64,000 nucleotides of DNA from Candidatus Omnitrophota bacterium (GTDB lineage Bacteria > Omnitrophota > Gorgyraeia > Zapsychrales > Fredricksoniimonadaceae): positions 18,172 through 82,171 of the forward strand of contig CAIVRE010000033.1 in assembly GCA_903908245.1 (NCBI GenBank). Reading direction: 5' to 3'. Shown here piece after piece: positions 1 to 7,796 of the stretch (its first letter is position 1; each line of letters starts with the position of its first letter). The notes below the pieces were generated by a model. It searched no databases and was not told the origin of the DNA. It saw only the letters and a program-made list of their open reading frames with translations. Made by a program: the position numbers and the translations under genes.

Positions 1-1786
1 CATCATGGCCGGTGTTCATGGCCTGCAGCATATCAATAACCTCGGGGCCGCGGCACTCGCCGATGATGATCCGGTCCGGGCGCATACGAAGCGTGTTCAC
101 AAAAAGGTCCCGGATGGTAATGGCCCCCTTGCCTTCCACATTCGAAGAACGCGACTCCAGGCGGGCCCAGTGGCTTTTATTGAGCTTCAGCTCGGCCGCA
201 TCCTCGATCGTGATAATGCGCTCCGTATCCGGGATATATTCGGAAATAATATTAAGCAGCGTTGTTTTTCCAGAACCCGTCCCGCCGGAGACAAGAATGT
301 TCTTGCGCGTCATGACCGCCGCCTGGACAAAATCCGCCATCGGCTGGGAAAGGCTGTGAAAACGGTGGATCAGGTCCTCCGCGGTATAGCGTTCCTGCGC
401 GAACTTCCGGATCGTGATCATGGGCCCGCGCAAGGACAACGGCGGAATGATCGCGTTGATACGCGAACCGTCCGGCAAGCGCGCATCGACCATCGGGACC
501 GATTCATCGATACGACGACCAAGCGGCGCAATAATGCGGTCAATGATCAGCCTTACCTGCTGGTCCGACATGAACTTCCGGTTGGTATGAACGATCTTGC
601 CGCTCTTCTCAACATAGATCTCGTCTTTATTATTGACCATGATATCCGTAACATCAGGGTCCGCCAAAAACTCTTCCAGGGGGCCAAGGCCAAGGGCTTC
701 ATTAACGATCTCCTGGACCAGCCTGGTCCGCTCCTGGTGCGACGAAAGGATCGTGCCGGACTCTTCCGCGATAATATCCGTGATAATGCGCTGTGCCTCT
801 CTCTTGATGATCGCGGCCTGCTCCGGGTCGGCCAGCTGTTCCGGCGTCGCCTTAAGGTTCATCCGGTCGATCAACTTGCCATGAACATGCCTCTTGAGCT
901 GATTGAGCTGATCCTCTTCTTTCTTCGACGCCATTTTCAGCTGATTCACGTTCCCGGCCTGGGTGATGCCGAACTTCTCCCAGAAATTGTCTCCCTTTTT
1001 CTCGTCGGTCGTAACGCGCACACGATAAACTTCGGAGGTCTGAACATAAAGGTTCTGTTGCTCAAGCTGCTCGGCCATTTCGATGAACGACTGAGAAACC
1101 TTGGCACGGGGGCTGTCCATCACGCACGGAATACCGCGATTGAGCGCCACGCCAACCACTTTGCCGTCAGACGGAATACGGGCCAGGATATCCAGGCCCA
1201 GCGCGGCCTTGACCTCCTGCCAGGCAACACCGCCATGGCTTTCCGAACGATTTAAAACAAGTTTCACCATTTTAAGAGGAAAATGCTGGCTTTGCAGGAC
1301 CTCGATCCCCCATTTGAGCTGATAAACCGCCAGGATGTCCGGCGTAGCCACCAGCAAAATAAGGTTGGAAACGTCCAGAACGGAAAGAAGCACATCGGAA
1401 AATGACTTGCCCACATCAACAATAATATAGTCATATTGCTGCGCGAGTTTTTTGAAGAAGATCTTTGTATTATCGGAAGTGACCTGGCCTGCCTGGCGAA
1501 CACTGACAACGGCGGGAATAAAATCAATACCGGAAGAATGCCGGGTCACAAAATTCTTGATAACAGCCGGGTCCTCCGCCTTTTCCAGCTCGGGAAGGGC
1601 GTCAATCACAGACTGCCGCGGGGCGATATTGAGCATCCTGGCCATATCCTGGCCTGACTGAAAGTCAAAATCCACCAGGAGGACCTTGTGGCCGGCCATC
1701 ACCAAAGCAGTGGCCGTATTCACACACGTAAATGTTTTGCCAACGCCGCCTTTATTGCTAAAAACTGTGATTATACGGGAATTCAT
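1..1786 (-). CDS. cpaF: Tad/Flp pilus assembly ATPase, apparent single-ORF fusion of a CpaE/TadZ-like ParA/MinD-fold domain (N-terminal) with a CpaF/TadA VirB11-family secretion ATPase. The 3' end runs off the window.
   Basis: I translated the reverse complement by hand. It starts MNSRIITVFSNKGGVGKT (deviant Walker A, ParA/MinD/CpaE type) and later reads ...NILVSGGTGSGKTTLLN...IEDAAEL...GECRGPEV...NTGHD (CpaF/TadA P-loop and His box). The frame is continuous from the ATG at 1786 to position 1; I checked it at several points. A putative RBS AAGAGAG lies upstream. Confidence 0.75.
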   Translation of the reverse strand, partial: MNSRIITVFSNKGGVGKTFTCVNTATALVMAGHKVLLVDFDFQSGQDMARMLNIAPRQSVIDALPELEKAEDPAVIKNFVTRHSSGIDFIPAVVSVRQAGQVTSDNTKIFFKKLAQQYDYIIVDVGKSFSDVLLSVLDVSNLILLVATPDILAVYQLKWGIEVLQSQHFPLKMVKLVLNRSESHGGVAWQEVKAALGLDILARIPSDGKVVGVALNRGIPCVMDSPRAKVSQSFIEMAEQLEQQNLYVQTSEVYRVRVTTDEKKGDNFWEKFGITQAGNVNQLKMASKKEEDQLNQLKRHVHGKLIDRMNLKATPEQLADPEQAAIIKREAQRIITDIIAEESGTILSSHQERTRLVQEIVNEALGLGPLEEFLADPDVTDIMVNNKDEIYVEKSGKIVHTNRKFMSDQQVRLIIDRIIAPLGRRIDESVPMVDARLPDGSRINAIIPPLSLRGPMITIRKFAQERYTAEDLIHRFHSLSQPMADFVQAAVMTRKNILVSGGTGSGKTTLLNIISEYIPDTERIITIEDAAELKLNKSHWARLESRSSNVEGKGAITIRDLFVNTLRMRPDRIIIGECRGPEVIDMLQAMNTGHD

Positions 1787-1805
1787 GCTCTCTTATCTAT
1801 CATAG

Positions 1806-3488
1806 TTACTTGCGTTTGGCAACATTTTTCAGGAACGCCTCCAGGCTGTAAACAATAGGAAGCGTTACGGTTATCTCATCTTTCTTGATACTGGCCGGAA
1901 AAGCGCTGTAGGGCGCGAGGGTCTGGGCTGTATTGACAGCATCCTGGTCAAACACATCATACCCCGAACTTTCTTTAACAAACACATCCCGCAGGCTTCC
2001 ATCCTTGCGGATGACCAGCGCAAGCCTCACTGTGCCCTGCCAGCGATTTTCCTGCGCTTCATAAGGATAAGCAATGGACGAAGAGACCTTCTGCTGCACC
2101 AGCTCGGCATACGGCTTAAGGTCCGGCGATATGGTCACCGGAACATTCGCCGCGTTCTTCACAATAACGGGCAGCCGCACATCGTTGCGGCCGGCCGCCA
2201 GCTGGATCTGTTCGTCCGTATTGACCCTGGTCCTGAAATTATTCCTGACAACCGGCGCCGGGACCGGGAGCGGAGCAGGCTCTTCCGCCTTCTTGACGCT
2301 CTTAAGGATCGTGGGCGTGATCGAAATGACCACTTCCGTTTCTCCATTCCCCGTCGGAAGCGATGTATTGCGGAACAAGGCGCCGATCAACGGGATCTTG
2401 CTTATGAACGGAACCCGTTTAACGACCACATCCGAACGTTTTTTGATCATCCCCGCGAGCACGATCGTCTGCTTGTCATTCAAATAAAGCTGGGTCTGTG
2501 CCGTACGCGTAATGAACGCCACGTCACCATTCGAAGAGTTGGCACCATCAATGTCGCTGATCTCGACGTTCAATAAAAGGTCCACTTTCCCGTCTTTAAT
2601 GGTCGGAGTGGCCCCCATGCTGACGCCGTAAGATTTGAATGTCGTCTGGCCCGTCGTACCCGTCGTTGTCGTTACCGTGGTCTTGATCGGGACCTCCCCG
2701 CCAACGAGGAACGTCGCTTCTTTGCCGCTTTTGACGACCAGGCGCGGCTTGGACAGGATCTGCCCCTTCCCTTCCTGGATCAGGGCGTTGACCTTCGCCA
2801 GCAATTCGGGAGACCGGTTGAAATCCCCGATCTTAAAAAGGTCTTTGGTTTTTCCCGTTTGCGGAGGCATGGTCTCCGTGAACGAGATCGTATCGTTCCA
2901 TGCAATGCCCAATTCTTTGCTTAAGGTCGTGGAGAGCTCAGTGATCTGCATATCCAGCTGGATCATATCCTGGATCTCTTCTTTTTTCACAAGATTCAGG
3001 ACACTGCCCTGGAACAGGTCCGCGACCGAATTCACCGCCGGCAATTTGTCTTCCGGAACGGTCCCGGACAGCATCACCTTGCCTTCCGGGTCATTCTGCT
3101 CAACAATGACCCCGGTCACATTGGAACTGGCCAGGATCGTCTGGACCCTGGATTTGATAAGCCCCAGATCTTCCGCCAGGACACGGACAATGAACGAACG
3201 CTTGCCGCTCTCATCCCAAAGAAAGACCACCGTCTGTCCGGGCTGCTGTCCAACAATAACAACCTGGCCCGGCTTGGCATCGGAGATATCCACAATATTC
3301 GGATCCGTGACCGAAACCCGCTGCAATTCTTTGGCCGGGATCGTATACACATCGCCCTTGAGCATCTGCACCTCTTCAAAGACCCCAGATTCCGCCGATG
3401 CGCGGGGAACGGGGACCATCATCAAACAGATGGCCAGCAACAGACAAAGGCTTTTCTTCATAGCTCTCACCATTCTGTTAATGTGCAT
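1806..3488 (-). CDS. cpaC: Tad pilus secretin (CpaC/RcpA-like) with an extra C-terminal TonB-C domain.
   Basis: 560-aa ORF. It has an N-terminal signal peptide and a BON/secretin-N-like region. A secretin core follows (GGEVPIKTT...VVKRVPFISKIPLIGALFRNTS...ETEVVISITPTIL), then a Pro-rich linker (EEPAPLPVPAPVV), then YPYEAQENRWQGTVRLALVIRKDGSLRDVFVKESSGYDVFDQDAVNTAQTLAPYSAFPA, which matches the TonB C-terminal domain consensus. Confidence 0.8.
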   Translation of the reverse strand: MHINRMVRAMKKSLCLLLAICLMMVPVPRASAESGVFEEVQMLKGDVYTIPAKELQRVSVTDPNIVDISDAKPGQVVIVGQQPGQTVVFLWDESGKRSFIVRVLAEDLGLIKSRVQTILASSNVTGVIVEQNDPEGKVMLSGTVPEDKLPAVNSVADLFQGSVLNLVKKEEIQDMIQLDMQITELSTTLSKELGIAWNDTISFTETMPPQTGKTKDLFKIGDFNRSPELLAKVNALIQEGKGQILSKPRLVVKSGKEATFLVGGEVPIKTTVTTTTGTTGQTTFKSYGVSMGATPTIKDGKVDLLLNVEISDIDGANSSNGDVAFITRTAQTQLYLNDKQTIVLAGMIKKRSDVVVKRVPFISKIPLIGALFRNTSLPTGNGETEVVISITPTILKSVKKAEEPAPLPVPAPVVRNNFRTRVNTDEQIQLAAGRNDVRLPVIVKNAANVPVTISPDLKPYAELVQQKVSSSIAYPYEAQENRWQGTVRLALVIRKDGSLRDVFVKESSGYDVFDQDAVNTAQTLAPYSAFPASIKKDEITVTLPIVYSLEAFLKNVAKRK

Positions 3489-3491
3489 CGA

Positions 3492-4358
3492 TCAAAGTTC
3501 CTTTCCCCCGCGGAAGATCTGGATATAAGGCTTTGTCTCCTGAACATTCTCGGTCTCGACCTTAAGCTCGGGTTTTTTACCACCCTCTTCCCCATTATCC
3601 GACAGCTTGATATCCGCGCCGCTGTTTTCCAGCACATATTCCCCCAGAGTCGACCAGTTCGCCGCAGGGATCATGGTGCGCCCTTTTTCCATCGGCGTAC
3701 GCAGCGCCAATTCAAGATTTCCATTCTGCTCGGCAAACGCCAGCAGCCCCGCTTCCTGAGGATCAACCGCAAAGGTCACCTTCAGGTCCTTTTCGCCTTG
3801 CTGCGCATCATACGCCCCGGGCTCATCAATGTTCGTATTGATCGCCAGGACCTGCAGATTCTGAAAGATCATGGCGGTCACTTTTTCCTTGGGATTCAGC
3901 TTCTTGCCTGTGGGCATATCCAGATGCGCGATCACATCCACAAAATCTCCGGGATTCAGCAATCCGCCGACCGCGCCCAGCGACTTAAGCTCCACCGTGA
4001 TCGCGCGCTTGCCTGACGGCGTCCGCAGTGCAAGCGACGGCTTTTTTTTCACCACCGCAGCTGCCGCCGCCCCGGTATCTCCCTTTTGAGCAACAGCCGC
4101 CCTGGCGGCGTCCTCCGCGGCTTTCGAGGCGCTCGCCTGGACCTCGGCGATCTTCTGGTTCAAAAGGGCAAGATCCTGCTCATACTGGACCTTGTTCGTT
4201 GCCTGGGCCTTTTCATACTGGATCGCCAGCTTGCCCGTTTCCTCGTTGACCTTCGAAGAAACATAACTTCCAACAAGGGCTGACGCAATGATCCCTGCCG
4301 CAACCGCAAAAACAATGACAATGATCTGTTTTTTATTTTCCAGATTCGGCAATGCCAT
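3492..4358 (-). CDS. cpaB: Flp pilus assembly protein CpaB/RcpC (SAF domain).
   Basis: 288 aa with an N-terminal TM helix and a coiled-coil. The SAF-like segment is RAITVELKSLGAVGGLLNPGDFVDVIA. It sits immediately upstream of the secretin in the canonical tad order. Confidence 0.7.
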   Translation of the reverse strand: MALPNLENKKQIIVIVFAVAAGIIASALVGSYVSSKVNEETGKLAIQYEKAQATNKVQYEQDLALLNQKIAEVQASASKAAEDAARAAVAQKGDTGAAAAAVVKKKPSLALRTPSGKRAITVELKSLGAVGGLLNPGDFVDVIAHLDMPTGKKLNPKEKVTAMIFQNLQVLAINTNIDEPGAYDAQQGEKDLKVTFAVDPQEAGLLAFAEQNGNLELALRTPMEKGRTMIPAANWSTLGEYVLENSGADIKLSDNGEEGGKKPELKVETENVQETKPYIQIFRGGKEL

Positions 4359-4360
4359 AA

Positions 4361-5341
4361 TTATTCTCCGGTTTTTGCATTCAACAGATCAACATTCACG
4401 TTGACCTTGACCTTCTTGGCCACTTCGGCCATTTTATCCAGCACCGCTTTCTGCTGTTTCTGGGAGGTCAACCCTTTGACAAGGTCCGCCTTGACCGTCT
4501 CAAACGCCACCTTGTCACCGCCACGGACATCATCCACTTTCACAATATAATATCCCTCCGGCCCCTGGAAAACAGCCGACACGTTCCCTTTGGTCAGGGC
4601 CTCGACCGCCTTGCCCTGCTGCTCAAAAACAGGCTTGGGCAGGAACCCGAGGTCTCCGCCACTGGCCGCCGTTTTACCCTTGGAGCGCTCCTTGGCCGTC
4701 TGCGCAAAATCCGCGTTCTGCAAGAGCAGCACAAGAATATCCTTCGCCTCTGTTTCCGTCGGAACAACGATCTCGCTGATCTTTTTTTCCACCGGATTGA
4801 TGAACACGTCCGGATTCTTGTCGAAATATTCCTTGGCCTCGGCTTCCGTCGCGGTAATATCCTTCGTCAGGCCCGCCACCAGTTCCTGGACCAGGATGTT
4901 GTTCTCAAAATCTTTCATGGCCACGCGGACTTCTTTGGATTCATCGAGCTTCTGCTCACGGGCCTCATAGACCATCAACTGCTGACGGATAAGTTCATCG
5001 ATCAGCATATTCCTTGATTCCGCCTTCTTTTCATCAAAATTCGGAACAACCTGCTTGATGTTCTTCACTCTCTCGTCAAATTCCGCGACCGTCAGGGTCC
5101 AGTCTCCGACCTTGGCCAGAATGTCCTTTGGCAGCTTTTCTTCCGCAACCGCCGCGGGCGTTACCGGAGCGACGGGCGCAACAGGCGCGGCAGGAGCCTC
5201 TTTTGCAACCACGACAGGAGCGCTGACAGGTTTAACGGCAACAGGTTTTTTAGCTTTAGGAAAAAGACTGTCGCATCCAACCAGGCATAAAACAGCAAAA
5301 ATTGTAAATAAGACAAACTCTTTTCTTGTGCGAACAACCAT
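4361..5341 (-). CDS. Parvulin-type peptidyl-prolyl cis-trans isomerase lipoprotein (SurA/PrsA-like).
   Basis: Signal peptide with lipobox LVGC and a Pro/Ala-rich linker. The SurA-N-like region is followed by a rotamase motif ASGGDLGFLPKPVFEQQGKAVEAL...YYIVKV. Confidence 0.7.
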   Translation of the reverse strand: MVVRTRKEFVLFTIFAVLCLVGCDSLFPKAKKPVAVKPVSAPVVVAKEAPAAPVAPVAPVTPAAVAEEKLPKDILAKVGDWTLTVAEFDERVKNIKQVVPNFDEKKAESRNMLIDELIRQQLMVYEAREQKLDESKEVRVAMKDFENNILVQELVAGLTKDITATEAEAKEYFDKNPDVFINPVEKKISEIVVPTETEAKDILVLLLQNADFAQTAKERSKGKTAASGGDLGFLPKPVFEQQGKAVEALTKGNVSAVFQGPEGYYIVKVDDVRGGDKVAFETVKADLVKGLTSQKQQKAVLDKMAEVAKKVKVNVNVDLLNAKTGE

Positions 5342-5443
5342 GGTGTCCCTCCGGGTTTAATGAAGCTTCAACTCTATAGACTTTATAAATTATACACGTT
5401 TTTTGTTAAAAAAGACTTTTTTACAAAAAAACTTAACAGGTCC

Positions 5444-6421
5444 TTAACTTTTAATAAGCCCTTTAACTTGCTCGCGCTCTTCGCTCAATTCCCGTAATGT
5501 AAGCGCGATCTTTTCTTTTGAAAAACTGTCCATCTTCAGGCCCTGGACCACCTGCCAGTCGCGACCGCTGGACCGCACCGGGAACCCGAACACCAGCCCC
5601 GCGGAAATATCGTAACTGCCGTCAGAGACCACTGCAACCGAAAAAAATTCTCCGTCGCGGGTTGGCGTGTTCAATGCCCGGACCGTCTCAATGACGGCAT
5701 TGGCCGCGGACGCCGCAGAGGATAATCCCCTCACTTTAATGATCTCGGCCCCGCGCTTTTGGACCGTTTCAATGAACCCGGTCTTAAGCCAAAGCCCGTC
5801 CGTGATAACCTCATTCGCCGGAAGGCCATTAATGCGCGCATTCAAAAAATCAGGGAACTGCGTCGCCGAATGATTGCCCCATATCCCCACACGGCTCACC
5901 GCGCTGTAATCCGTCCCCGCCTTCATCGCCAGCTGGGCTTTGGCCCGATTCTGGTCCAGCATGGTCATGGCAAAAAAATTGCGGGGATTTAAAGCCGGCG
6001 CGCACTCCTTGGCAATGAACGCGTTCGTATTGCAGGGATTGCCGACCACCAGCACCCGGCAGTCTTTTTTCGCAACCTTTGCAAGGGCGTTCCCTTGAGC
6101 CACAAAAACCCCGGCATTGACCTTCAAAAGGTCCGCACGCTCCATTCCCGCCTTGCGGGGAACACTGCCGATGAGCAGGGCCCAGTCGATATCCGTGAAC
6201 GCGTCCAGGGGATCCGTCGATGCCGATACTTTCCTTAACAAAGGGAACGCGCAGTCCTCCAGCTCCATCACGACCCCTCTGAGCGCTCCCATCGCAGGCT
6301 CCAGCTCCAGCAGGCTTAGCTCCACCGGCGTATCACGCCCGAACATCTCTCCCGACGCAATACGGAACAAAAGCGCATAACCGATCTGCCCTGCCGCGCC
6401 CGTCACAGCAACTTTTATCAT
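5444..6421 (-). CDS. mdh: Malate dehydrogenase (LDH-like MDH type).
   Basis: The protein reads [28 protein letters not shown]...[10 protein letters not shown]...IWGNHS. I chose the ATG at 6421 because it follows the RBS GGAAGG; the ORF caller's upstream extension (to 6601) overlaps the neighbouring gene. Confidence 0.85.
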   Translation of the reverse strand: MIKVAVTGAAGQIGYALLFRIASGEMFGRDTPVELSLLELEPAMGALRGVVMELEDCAFPLLRKVSASTDPLDAFTDIDWALLIGSVPRKAGMERADLLKVNAGVFVAQGNALAKVAKKDCRVLVVGNPCNTNAFIAKECAPALNPRNFFAMTMLDQNRAKAQLAMKAGTDYSAVSRVGIWGNHSATQFPDFLNARINGLPANEVITDGLWLKTGFIETVQKRGAEIIKVRGLSSAASAANAVIETVRALNTPTRDGEFFSVAVVSDGSYDISAGLVFGFPVRSSGRDWQVVQGLKMDSFSKEKIALTLRELSEEREQVKGLIKS

Positions 6422-6473
6422 AAAGGGATCCTTCCGGATATATTTTAATTCTTTCCAAATTGTTATTAAATAA

Positions 6474-7280
6474 CTAATTAAGCTTTTTATATCCGGGGAA
6501 CATCCGGCGAAAACGCGCAGGCGCTCGATGATCAAGCCCGGCATAAAGGATCTCTTCTTTGTCATTGGAGGCCTGCGCAAGAATGCGGCCCCATGGGTCA
6601 ACGATCAGGCTCTGCCCCCAGCTTTGCGTCCCGTCGGAATTAATGCCAGCCTGCGCCGGTGCCAGCACATAACTGAAGGTCTCGACCGCCCGGGCGCGCA
6701 CCAGAAGCTCCCAATGCGCCTTGCCGGTCGTATATGCAAAAGAGGCCGGAACGGTAAAAAGGTTCGCTCCGCGCCGGGCATAATGATCGTAAATCCCGGG
6801 GAAACGCACATCAAAACACAACGACATCCCCAGCGTAAAATCTTCAACAATGGCCATGGCCGTATGAATGCCGGGGTTAAAAATATCGGCCTCGCGTATT
6901 TCACCTGGCCCCAGGCGGATATGAAAAAGGTTGTTCTTCCGGTAAGTCGCCTTGACTTTTCCATCCGGCCCAAGCAGAACGGACGTGTTATACGCCCGGC
7001 CTTTGGTGCGGGTTTTCTCGTAGATCGATCCCAAAAGAATATGCGCTTTGGCTTTGCGGCCAAGCGCGGCAAACGCGCTTACCGTCGGACCATTCACCGG
7101 TTCAACGACCTGCTCCACGCTTGCTTTTGTCTTCAGTGGCCCTCGAAAATAAAAATACTCCGGCAAACAAACGAACCGGGCCTTGTTCTCCAAGGCTTTA
7201 CGTGTGAAATACAGGGCCTTGTTGATATTATTTTCTTTATCCGGCCCGCTGCTCATCTGAATAACAGCGACTTTCATCAT
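6474..7280 (-). CDS. Carbon-nitrogen hydrolase family protein (Nit/omega-amidase-like).
   Basis: 268 aa, MMKVAVIQM...CLPEYF...[10 protein letters not shown], with catalytic-triad-like E/K/C spacing typical of the nitrilase superfamily. Confidence 0.75.
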   Translation of the reverse strand: MMKVAVIQMSSGPDKENNINKALYFTRKALENKARFVCLPEYFYFRGPLKTKASVEQVVEPVNGPTVSAFAALGRKAKAHILLGSIYEKTRTKGRAYNTSVLLGPDGKVKATYRKNNLFHIRLGPGEIREADIFNPGIHTAMAIVEDFTLGMSLCFDVRFPGIYDHYARRGANLFTVPASFAYTTGKAHWELLVRARAVETFSYVLAPAQAGINSDGTQSWGQSLIVDPWGRILAQASNDKEEILYAGLDHRAPARFRRMFPGYKKLN

Positions 7281-7307
7281 TTTCCCTCCCCTTCATTAAT
7301 TCTTCTT

Positions 7308-7342
7308 GACGGAGCGGTTCGAAAAAATATAATAGTGACACT
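7308..7342 (+). promoter_or_regulatory. Sigma70-like promoter for tRNA-Glu.
   Basis: TTGACG, 16-17 nt spacer, TATAAT, about 15 nt upstream of the tRNA 5' end. Confidence 0.5.
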
Positions 7343-7356
7343 TTAAAGCCAATTTC

Positions 7357-7430
7357 GACCTCATCGTCTAGTCTGGTCAGGACGCGAGCTTTTCAAGCTT
7401 GCAACGCGGGTTCAAATCCCGCTGAGGTCG
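7357..7430 (+). tRNA. tRNA-Glu (anticodon UUC).
   Basis: Cloverleaf folded by hand. Acceptor GACCTCA/TGAGGTC; D-arm TCTAGTCTGGTCAGGAC; anticodon stem CGAGC/GCTTG with loop TTTTCAA (U33, anticodon TTC, A37); T-arm GCGGG-TTCAAAT-CCCGC; discriminator G. No CCA is encoded. Confidence 0.85.
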
Positions 7431-7585
7431 CTATATTTTTCCCCAAACTAACCCGCAGATTTGAACCCGCGTAACTAAATGCACTAAGTGTTCTAATGGC
7501 TGCTTCCATAAGATTATTCCAGACAAGCAGCCATTCCACGAGACTGCTATCTTACATTGGGCGAGTGAAATCCCGCTGAGGTCGC
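7431..7585 (+). mobile_element. tRNA-Glu 3'-end-linked miniature element. The left end is a 14-nt inverted copy of the tRNA T-arm, the centre is an 8-bp-stem hairpin, and the right end is an 18-nt perfect direct repeat of the tRNA 3' end.
   Basis: AAATCCCGCTGAGGTCGC occurs at 7414-7431 (inside the tRNA) and again at 7568-7585. GATTTGAACCCGCG at 7458-7471 is the reverse complement of tRNA positions 7405-7418. The internal hairpin is GGCTGCTT (7499-7506) paired with AAGCAGCC (7525-7532). Confidence 0.55.
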
Positions 7586-7595
7586 CATATATAAA

Positions 7596-7626
7596 AAGAC
7601 CCGGAATATGCTCCGGGTTTTTTATT
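7596..7626. terminator. Bidirectional rho-independent terminator, serving the tRNA-Glu/element transcript on the plus strand and gyrA on the minus strand.
   Basis: AAAAAG-ACCCGGA-atatgc-TCCGGGT-TTTTTTATT. The stem is flanked by an A-run on one side and a T-run on the other. Confidence 0.7.
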
Positions 7627-7796
7627 ATAAAAAAATCTCCTCAATTAAACCGTCTGAAAGAATTACATAGTTCGCCCTCGTCCTCCTTGCAGCGAGAGCG
7701 AGCCTGACGCCCGAGCGAAGGTCGGCCACGGCGGTCCGACCGAGCGTTCGGCAAAGGAACAATGACAGTCTTTAATAAAAGAATAGCCCTGAAACT

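Noticed and set aside
5-1255. 416-aa plus-strand ORF in the ORF track (and several other long ORFs antisense to real genes, for example 24251-24880, 28643-29470, 31019-31792, 37138-37950, 39120-40439, 45804-46529, 60748-61491 and 62052-62696).
   Set aside because: They are Arg/Pro-rich and of low complexity, and lie exactly opposite well-supported genes (cpaF, the large secreted protein, thrS, pheS, rny, gltX, the hydrolase, the SpdS-like and Fem-like genes). These are typical antisense open frames of GC-rich DNA.
7441-7480. Possible second tRNA or tRNA T-arm on the minus strand (TTCAAATC motif) next to tRNA-Glu.
   Set aside because: The flanking sequences do not form a T-stem or an acceptor stem. 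It is better explained as a partial inverted copy of the tRNA-Glu T-arm belonging to the linked element.
7431-7626. tmRNA or permuted tmRNA hypothesis for the tRNA-like 3' end after tRNA-Glu.
   Set aside because: The region is far too short (about 150 nt). It has no tag-peptide reading frame or resume codon context. The tRNA-like segment is an exact copy of tRNA-Glu, not a tRNA-Ala-like acceptor.
7640-7796. GC-rich hairpin region downstream of gyrA (GGTCGG...CCGACC), as a possible third inverted copy of the conserved element core.
   Set aside because: Only short shared strings (GGCCGACC, GAGGGCG) are present. There is no convincing alignment, no adjacent tRNA, and no direct repeat. It is probably just GC-rich secondary structure in the gyrA 3' region.
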